64,000 nucleotides of DNA from the human T2T-CHM13v2.0 reference genome, Homo sapiens. Positions within the stretch are counted from its first letter, which is position 1. The number at the start of each line of letters is the position of its first letter. This document shows positions 54,806-64,000 of the stretch, piece after piece. The stretch is taken from NCBI RefSeq assembly GCF_009914755.1, contig NC_060928.1; one strand, given 5' to 3'. The notes under the pieces were generated by a model, which was given only the letters and a program-made list of their open reading frames with translations, was not told the DNA's origin and did no database searches. Position numbers and translations under genes: made by a program.

Positions 54806-57202
54806 GATATACTGCTTCTATTCTCTGCACTAGGCAGAGAAGACAGAGAAGAGAAACCTGAAAGGAATTCAGTTTCTCATAAACTAATCCCACTGATGCT
54901 GTCTCACAGTTGGATCATGGCTACCCCTTGGCAATGTGGCCTGGTGTCAAATAAATGGAACGGGGTAGATTTCACCCGTTATGGTTTTGACAATAAATTA
55001 TTACATTGCAGCCTTATTTTTAATACAAATCTCAAAATCAAGAGACCTAATGATACAAAAACAGGGTGTGTGGTTTATATTGATTTAATATCTTACTGGT
55101 CAGAAATTTTAAGGAAAAGCTGTCCATGATGAATACAAAACCCTATAGTGATCAATGATATCAATAATATAGTGTTTTAGGAACAGAATTCTAAGACCAA
55201 GGCTATCTGTAGTATAAATTGTAAGTATTGCAACATGGTGATAGCTTCTCTTCTTTTGCCAACTCCTGTTTACACTGGGAACCTCACTGAAAGTCTCCGA
55301 TTCAGGGAAGTGCTCTTACTCAGCCCTTTGTACCAGGCCAGGGAGCCCTGTGCTTTTCTGTTATAACACTTTGCAGTACTCTAATTTAAAAATCTATAGA
55401 TTTTTCATATAATTGTTCATTTAATCCCCCTACTACCCATTAGCCTAGAAATTCCATGAGGCAGAGACAGCTGTAAACTCAGTGTTCAGTTGGTGCCTCA
55501 CACTTAGTGAGGGCTAAATAAATATTTGTTCAATGAATGACTGAGGAAATTAATACGTTAATCAATGAGTACATTTAAGGGAAATTTCTTTAAAAAGCTT
55601 TTCCCAATTATGGATACAATTTAATCAGATGTAATATGTCAGTATTTTTGTGATTTCTTCTATAAAATGCAGTGTGTTTTACATTAAAATAGAAAATAGT
55701 GGATTTCATGATGCCATAATTCATTAATAAATATTTGCTTCGCTGTTTTTTTTTTTTTTTTTTGCAACAGCGAGTGAGGAGCTTTACTTCCTCAGCTACC
55801 CCTATTCTCTCAGCAATCCCAATCGTTCAACTGTTTATTCTTCCTTCTCCCAATATTTTCATTCGCTACAATAATAACTGGTATCAAACTTTATAGTAAC
55901 ATGCCTAAATAAAGTCGGGAGAAAGTGGTTTTAAAGAAAATCTTACTTATTTTATTTCAAGCCAGCAGGAAAAAACTTCCTTCAACTAACTTTTTGTTTC
56001 CCCCTAAAGAAACCCAAAAATAATTACATGAAGAAAAGAAATATCTTGTGTTCTGCTTAACAAGTAAAATTGAGTGAAAAATGTCTTTAAGAGTAGAGTA
56101 GGCTTGTGTATAAAAATGGCTGAGAATGTATAAATCATTCCCAGGAATGGATGAAGTTATTTGACTTTATGAAATATCTGTAATAGGAAATGATGGTGCT
56201 TCTTTTAGAAGAAAAGCATTCATCCTCTTATTATAGTTACTAGAGGAAAATGGTCATGTACTCTTGGAATTCTAATCTATACAATTATTAATGTTAAAAA
56301 ACTGAAAAATTAAAAAACATAATTCTCACTTTTAACACAAAAAAGATTGAATGGTTGTAAGATACTTTCCTTGAACTACTAACTAATCTGGAATCATCAA
56401 TCAATCACTTAATTTAGTCTCAATATCTTTTCTTAAAGTTTAGCATTAGAAAGTCATAAACATACTGCATAATAAATTACTGGGTAAATTCTGCTAAAGG
56501 AAAATTTTAAGCTAATTAACTAGAAAACAAAAACAGCCCTACAACATGTTGAAAACTTTCAGGAATGTAGGTGGCAGTAAATATATAAATAAATAACAAA
56601 AAAACTGTGTTTAGTGTTTATAGTAAGTGAATGGGGGATAAAAAATATTGGATTTATTGTATCATTCACTGCATAGACTTGACTCAATGGCTTAAGCTTT
56701 GAAAGTCTGAGAGCTTCAATTTATCTATTCTCTAAATATACTTACAATAAAAATGCCATTAAAAATATGCTGTGAAGATTAATGTCAGTGAAGAACTGTG
56801 TTACCCATGTATAAGAGATAAAAAGGAATTTCAAATGTCATAACTATAAACTAATTAAAATTTAATGTTACTTAAAAATCACTTAGCTATTTGTGATGGA
56901 TTCATAGGTGACACACTAATATCAATTTTTAAATTTATGTTATATTTGAAGTTTTAAAAATAACAATAAACTCTAGAAAGCACTTAAAATTGCACGAATC
57001 AAGATCATCTGATATTTATCTTTTGCTTTGGAAACAATCCCTATGACTCTGCAGGCCTCAGAAAAATTCTAGCTTGCATAGACAAAAAAAATTTCATTTT
57101 AATCCTGAAAATATTCAACATTATTTTTATAGTAATCAAGAGACAAGGATGTGAATTAAGAGGAGCAAAAAATGGGACTTTGTGTGGTCTCTGTCTCTAG
57201 CT

Positions 57203-57204
<2 letters not shown>

Positions 57205-57243
<39 letters not shown>

Positions 57244-57513
57244 CGGAGTTTTGCTCTTGTTGCCCAGGCTGGAGTGAAATGGCATGATCTTGGCTCACTT
57301 GCAACCTCCGCCTCCAGGGTTCTCCTACCTCAGCATCCCAAGTAGCTGGGATTACAGGCATGCACCACCATGCCCCGCTGATTTTGTATTTTTAGTACAG
57401 ACGGGGTTTCCCCATGTTGGTCAGGCTGGTCTCGAACTCCCGACCTCAGGTGATCCACCCACCTCGGCCTCCCAAACTGTTGGGATTATAGGCGTGAGAC
57501 ACCGCACCCGACC
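57205..57513 (-). mobile_element. AluSp-like with 35-T tail
   Basis: 'ttttgctcttgttgcccagg', 'ggtcaggctggtctcgaactcccgacctcagg'; TSD TC(T/C)AGCTCCT. Confidence 0.93.
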
Positions 57514-58608
57514 TCCAGCTCCTCTTTCATGGCATTTGCACAGTGTTGGGCACTAACTGCTATTCAAATAAATTGTCATAGTGATTATTTGTTCTTATGG
57601 ATGCTAAGAAAGATGAAAATCAGGAAAAAGTAGAAAAATGCAGAGTTTTAATAACACCTTTTAACAGTTCAGATTTTTAAAAACCGACATATAAGTATAT
57701 AAACAAAAATTGTAGACAGCAATCTATTTTGCCAAAAAATTATTCACTATAAACATGGTTCTACTATAAAATTATTTTAAATAGCTCACATTTCTCCAGA
57801 GTATTTGAAGTAGGAACTAATTGACCAATATTCAAATATACATCACTTCATGTATGTGTGTGTGTGCGTTTGCGTGCATGCACTCATGCACACGCGCATG
57901 GTGGGGGAAAGAATAAATTATGGAGGGCAAATAAAATGTTAATTATATGTTTAAACCAACAAGATCTTCAGGAGAATTACATTATTTTTGTGTTCAATAT
58001 AATTAGCCAAAGAAGAAATAGATAACATTTTATATTTTTAGGTAGGATTTGCTTTAGATCTGCCCTAACTGCTTGGTTGGTGGAAACAAGTCCAAATTAT
58101 GAAAACATCAGCTTTCAGAATTGGGAACAGAGGATGCTAAAAGCTGGTTGCATGGAAACAAGACATGGGGGATGGGGGACTTTTTGTGTACTCATAGTAT
58201 CTCTGAGAAACTTAGAGATAAATTGGTACAGCTTCTGCTCTCATTTTACAAATGAAGTCCCTTTGAATGCAGAGAAAAAAGGGATCCTTCAAAGGCTACA
58301 CAAGAGGTGAAAGAGCACAGAGTGTTCTGATGCCAGGACAGGGCTCCTACATCAGCCCACTGGTGACTGTGCTTTCATAATAATGTGAAACATGTGTTTC
58401 TCTTTCTTGTATCTATAGCAGTGACATTCCAACTACCCAGTCTTTAAGAGCTGGGGACCTTAGTCCTTAGGGTCAGGGAGACAGCCAGGGGATAGAGAAC
58501 ACATTCTACCTCTATGTGTATTTCTGCATATTCATTTTCTTTCTATGAGGAATTCACCTGGCTTTTCCTCCCTGCTTGAATGTAAGTCTAAGGTTCATTT
58601 GCTGAAAC

Positions 58609-58775
58609 TTTTTTTTTTTTTTTTTTTTTTTTGAGACAGGGTCTCACTATGTTGCCCACGCTGGAGTGCAGTGGCATGATCACGGCTCACTGTAACCTTG
58701 AACTGGGCTTAAGTGATCCTCCCACCTTGGCCTCCCAAAGCGTTGGGATTACAAGCATGAGCCACTGCGCCCAGC
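58609..58775 (-). mobile_element. Monomer-length Alu (FRAM-like or arm-recombined AluJ)
   Basis: Left-arm 5' end joined to right-arm 3' end; TSD TGCTGAAA. Confidence 0.85.
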
Positions 58776-59325
58776 CTGCTGAAATTCTTAAGGCATGAGA
58801 ATACTACTAGAGACACTTGACAGCATTTATTGGGCATCTATTACATAATATTCACTTTAGATATATTGTCTAATTAATACTACAAGGTCTGTCTCTATAT
58901 TGTACACTGGAACCTTAGAAAGTTAAGTGATTGGCCCAAATGAGGACACATAGCATTCTCTCTCAGATGCAGAGACCACGCCCTTTTCTCTGTACCACAC
59001 TACCTCCTACTTTTCACAAAGGGATGTTCTGTAGCCCTTCATAGGTTGTGATGCCAGAAGGGGCAAGATTGGAGTCTAATGCCATGCCACTGCATAAGCA
59101 GTCCTTTCTCCTAATACAGTCAGAAGAACTGAAAGACCATTACAAAAATAAGTATTCAGATTAGCAATCAAGGTGATCAAAATGTAAAAGATAATGTGTA
59201 GGAAAAACGTCACACCAAGTTTATGTGCTAAGGCCATCACCTATTTTGCCAACCTGAATGGATGGACAATGTTCTATGGGAAACAAAGCATTTTTGTCTT
59301 CTTTTTCTCTTTCTCTCTCTCTCTC

Positions 59326-59458
59326 TTTCTTTTTTATAAATAGAGACAGGGTTTCACCATGTTGCCCAGGTTGGTCTCAAGCTCCTGAGCTTAGGCAATC
59401 CTCCTGCCTTAGCCTCTAAAAATGCTGGGATTATTGGCATGGGCCACCTTTCCTGGCC
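59326..59458 (-). mobile_element. FLAM monomer
   Basis: Single left-arm-like antisense monomer. Confidence 0.8.
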
Positions 59459-59850
59459 AGTGTTTTCTTAAAATAGTATACTTTTCTTTCTTTTTTTCAA
59501 ACATAAGAAAATAATTTTTTATTCCCTAGTTTTTATTTGCCATATTTCTTACTTTTTTCTTTTTAAGAGATAGGATAGGATCTCACTATGGTGCCCAAGC
59601 TGGACTCAAGCAATCCTTCTGCCTGAGCGCCCCCACCCCAAGTAGCTGGATATTATTTGCCATATTTCTGATGGCTTAGAAATTATATCCTCCCCTAACC
59701 ACTGTCTGAAAACTTTTCTAAGCATCAAAAGTAATCTTTTGGAAAAAGCAAAATTGTAATGGAGAAGAAAATGTTTTCTCAAGACAGTTTAAGGATATTG
59801 AGGTGCTCTTACTAAAACAAAATTATTATGTCATTGTAAGCTCCTTTCTT

Positions 59851-59936
59851 AGAAAAACAAATTCTAGAGTTCAAGATTCCAGAAAAACAAAGTCTAGAGT
59901 TCAAGAAATTTGTTTAAAAACAAATTCTAGAGTTCA
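59851..59936. repeat. Three copies of AAAAACAAA(T/G)TCTAGAGTTCA, ~30-bp period
   Basis: Directly visible. Confidence 0.9.
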
Positions 59937-60979
59937 TTTCATGTGCTCTAAGTATGTAAAATTATTACTCTATTGCCAACTTTGTTTTTACTCTCTAAGT
60001 GACCTGCTGTTTCAGTGAAGGAGACTCGTGTTTTTTACACTTTCTTTTCCTAAAAATGATATAGCAAATATTACAAATGTTAAGTAATTACTAGACCTAA
60101 CAGAAGTTCCATACACAAAGCTTTAGGTTCAATTCTCTGAAGGAGGGAAAACAAATTTAAATTACATTTTGCTGATACCTTCATAAAAGTGTGAAATCAT
60201 TTCGTTTCCCTGGGTTTTACAGAAAACACTTCTAAAATGCCACAAAGATGTATAACGAGACATAAAACTGCAAATATTAACTATTTCCTTGAAATATAAT
60301 TTAAACTTGGTGACTAGGACAAGAAAATGTCACATTCCTTTCTCTTGCTAAGGAAATTGCATATTTCCTTTGCAAAAATAAAGAATATGCAGTCTTTGAA
60401 AGAGTGTATGTGACAGTTTTAAAGTTGTTTTGTTTCATGTTAAAAGTTTCTATAAATTTTCATGATTGTGTCAAAGCTGAAAAATGAAAAGAAACAAAGA
60501 CGAAAAAGGAAAACATTATTAATCTTAGGCATACAAGTTTTGTTTCTCACCAATGTCAAAAACAACATTTATGCCATATCTGTATTTTGTTCTTTCTAAA
60601 TGTTATCTTGAGTTATATAATTTTCAAATCCATCTGAGAATGAATACACTTTTAAATTTTTGCTTAGGTTTCCCTCCATGATCTGCAATATTCTAAACAG
60701 AATATTCTAAATATTCTGTCTTTGCCAGGATTTGTGAAGCAAATGGATATGCATTTTACTAAGTGGAAAATGTAGCTGCGACATGGGCGGTTAACTGCTG
60801 GCGAGTGTGCGGTGTTTGGTTTATGGACTAAAGGACACCATAAGCTTTGGCTGAGAACATTAATTTCATGGGGTAATTGAGTACTTCTGGGAACACAGAG
60901 CCTCTTAAAAACATAGATTAACTGAATTTTTGGAATTTCACTTAACTGAAGTGAAGGAAAAGTTTAATGGTAATATCAA

Positions 60980-61145
60980 ATACTGTCTAAGGGCTTTACA
61001 TCTATTTACTCCCTTAACTCTCATTGACTCTATTAGGTAGGCACTGCCATTGTCTCCCTTTACAGATGAGAAACTGAGGCCAGAGAATTCCAAGGACTTT
61101 GCCAAAATTCACACAGCCTCTGAGTGGAAGACTCATGCTCTTAGC
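60980..61145 (-). mobile_element. MIR SINE
   Basis: 'tttacagatgagaaactgaggccagaga'. Confidence 0.7.
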
Positions 61146-62129
61146 AACTTACTAGGTTTAAAATTGTGGTTGTTTATGTCTTATTGATAGAAAGAAAAGA
61201 TGGACTCAATGGAAAAGGACACAAGGAGTATTTATTGCACCTGAAAGGGTTGAGTTACGTATGATTTCAGAATTTGGTCCAGGGTGCATGGATTTAAAAT
61301 ACTCTGGGAAGGCAAGATAATGGGTCGCAGAGTATAAAAGGGCCAGGCCAAGAACTCTGGGGAAGACAGGAAAGTCCCTCGCTCAGCTTCCTGGCTCCTG
61401 ACAAACCGGCTCAGCAATGGGCTTTGTCAGCTGCCACAGTGGCTTTCCTGGTTTCTGTGAAGGTTCCAGACTAAAGGGCCGGTCAGGGATGTTGAGGAGC
61501 TATGCTTTGTTCAACTAGTAAGTATGTTGCAGGAGTAAATGTACACAACACATAGATATGTGTATGTAGACTGTGTTGTTTCTTTCACTTTACTTTTTCC
61601 TCTCATTATTAACAGTACAATAAAAGTGTATGTAATACCAAAGCGGGACAAATCTATTTAACTTCTACTTTTGATTAACAGTGAAAAGAGCTACCTTCTG
61701 GATTCAGAAAGTTTGACTAGTTCCTTCTATGAGAATAACTTTTGTTAGCCAATTATTAATACATATTAGTTTTACCATGACCAGAATAAACTAAAGTGCA
61801 TTTTGTTTATCACTATCAATGTTAAACATAAATTTTCCCAATTCCATATCTATTTATGGGAAGGATATAGTTGTATCACATACATAATTTATTGAAAAGT
61901 AACACATCCAAAATACTTGAAATGGAAAATCTTCAAAGAATTCCTGACTATTTAATGCATCTTTAAAAATTAAACTAATTTGGTAATTTGTAGCACAATT
62001 TTCCTGTATTTCAAAACATAGTGTTTTTATAAGCATATAAGCTTATTACTAACATTATGGACTAGAATAATTTTGTGATTTCAATGCTCACCAAATTATT
62101 TTTAAAATACAATATTCTATAGAACTCAC

Positions 62130-62174
62130 CTTTTGCCCATTCATCCCTGGAATTCCAGGTGCTCCAATAGAACC
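62130..62174 (-). CDS. COL25A1: Collagen XXV exon (~13), 45 nt, GSIGAPGIPGMNGQK
   Basis: Gly-X-Y x5; acceptor gtctctttag; donor AAG|GTGAGT. Confidence 0.95.
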
Positions 62175-63099
62175 CTAAAGAGACACATGATTAAATTCAG
62201 TTGATATCATACACAAAATATTTCAATTCTAAATTTATATTGTATTAGTTATGTAAGCCTTGCTAAAACATTTCTAGGAAGTCTTATTTTTCAGACCTTA
62301 TCCACTGTGTTCAAATATATAATGTAAGCAGATTCCTCAAGCTTCCCCAGAAACTACAGAGTTAAAATTAAACCTTGCTTCTAAGTATCCACTTAACTTT
62401 AATATGTTTTAAAGAAATTTACATGATAAATTGGTCATACCTATCAGAGGGCCACATGGCTCTAAATTTTCATGTTTTTAAGAATAAACAGGCTTAGTTC
62501 CATCTGGAAAAAGCCTACCAGTAGCAGTAACACTTGCATTTCATGAGTTAAAATACAATGAAACAAAAGGTAATTAAAATAACAACCATTTGTTCCGCAG
62601 TTAAATAAGGGGCCCATGTCGCAAACTCAAATTTGTTTTATTTTAAGCATTTTCCTCCAAGACTTTCAAGGAGTAAGTTTAAGCCACATGAATGTGAATA
62701 TGTCTTCCAGAGTGACTCAAAAAGTTGCAAAAAATGTTATACACTGACCAGGAACAACACAACTTCTGTGCAAAAAAAGTTAAGGTGTGTGTGTAAGCAC
62801 GTGTGGGCGTGTGTGTGCACATGCATAGTGGCATGAGTATGAATGATTGGACATAGATGGGTGAGCTGGAGAATAAGAAAGCTAATTATTACCTGAGAAA
62901 ATCTATGACATTTAACGGGATATAGAAACATTAGCAAATATTTTCAAACAGTGATGTCATTTCCCTCCATTACACCTTCCATTTAGGCTCTGGAGAAACC
63001 ATTTTAAATACAATGTGCTTATTCTTTGTCTAAAACTAGAAAACAGATTTTTCTGATATTACATTTCTTTAATAATAATGGGGAAAAGATTTTTTAAAA

Positions 63100-63173
63100 T
63101 CTGTAATTATAGACCAAAACTCCCCTAAAAAAATGGTCTGTAATTATAGACCAAAAACTCCCCTAAAAAATAG
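63100..63173. repeat. 37-bp tandem duplication
   Basis: tctgtaattatagaccaaaa(a)ctcccctaaaaaa(a)t(g/a)g x2. Confidence 0.9.
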
Positions 63174-63670
63174 TCTACTAAAAAAACAGTAATTATAATC
63201 AAAACAAATTGAGATGGCAAGTTCCTTAGTGCATTCAGTGATTATATTGAATGGGTCATTAAAGGACTTCCCGAAGCCTGAAGCAGTAATTTTATCCTGG
63301 TCGTATGTGGATTAGAGTAGCTTTACAATTTCACACCATGCTTAATAGAGACATTATTGCGAAGGACAAAATGTTCCTATGCACAAGTTGTCCTGCAACC
63401 CATGGGCTTTTACTTGGTTTGTAGGATTATGTTTCAACAGATGCCACATGCCCAGTGCTTGGGGGATAAAAAGTCTCTATCTTTGATGGATTCCAAAGAT
63501 AAAGAATAATCACTTTTCCACCTGTTATAATACAATTGTTTTCTTTAGTTTTCCGTGGGTTAAATATCCCCCTCCCGGCTTGAGGGGTGTAAGGATGGGG
63601 GAATGAGGACTTAGTGATATTTTGTTGGCAAAATGCCATCTATTTGCTATTAATATATTTACTGCTATAG

Positions 63671-64000
<330 letters not shown>

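Overview
Human (primate) AT-rich intronic DNA carrying 12 small phase-0 coding exons of a transmembrane collagen on the minus strand. Spliced from 62174 down to 3563 they give 585 nt / 195 aa with no stop: GSIGAPGIPGMNGQK|GEPGLPGAVGQNGIPGPK|GEPGEQGEK|GDAGENGPKGDTGEK|GDPGSSAAGIK|GEPGESGRPGQK|GEPGLPGLPGLPGIK|GEPGFIGPQGEPGLPGLPGTK|GERGEAGPPGRGERGEPGAPGPK|GKQGESGTRGPKGSK|GDRGEKGDSGAQGPR|GPPGQKGDQGATEIIDYNGNLHEALQ. I recognise this from memory as the COL2 domain and the start of NC3 of COL25A1 (collagen XXV/CLAC-P). Exon numbers (~13-24) are recalled and approximate. The rest is introns filled with Alus, L1 3' fragments, LTRs (MLT2, MER21-like, LTR8), hAT DNA transposons, MIR/L2 and microsatellites; repeat subfamilies were called by eye and edges of old repeats are approximate. 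Almost all ORFs in the supplied track are noise or repeat-derived. I found no stand-alone novel system. The best leads concern splicing: a candidate 117-nt in-frame, stop-free, non-collagenous cassette exon (11130-11246), a ~600-nt pyrimidine tract right after one donor, a GC donor, a possibly shifted acceptor, a 27-nt microexon with neural splicing motifs, and inverted Alus that could circularise stop-free collagen exons.
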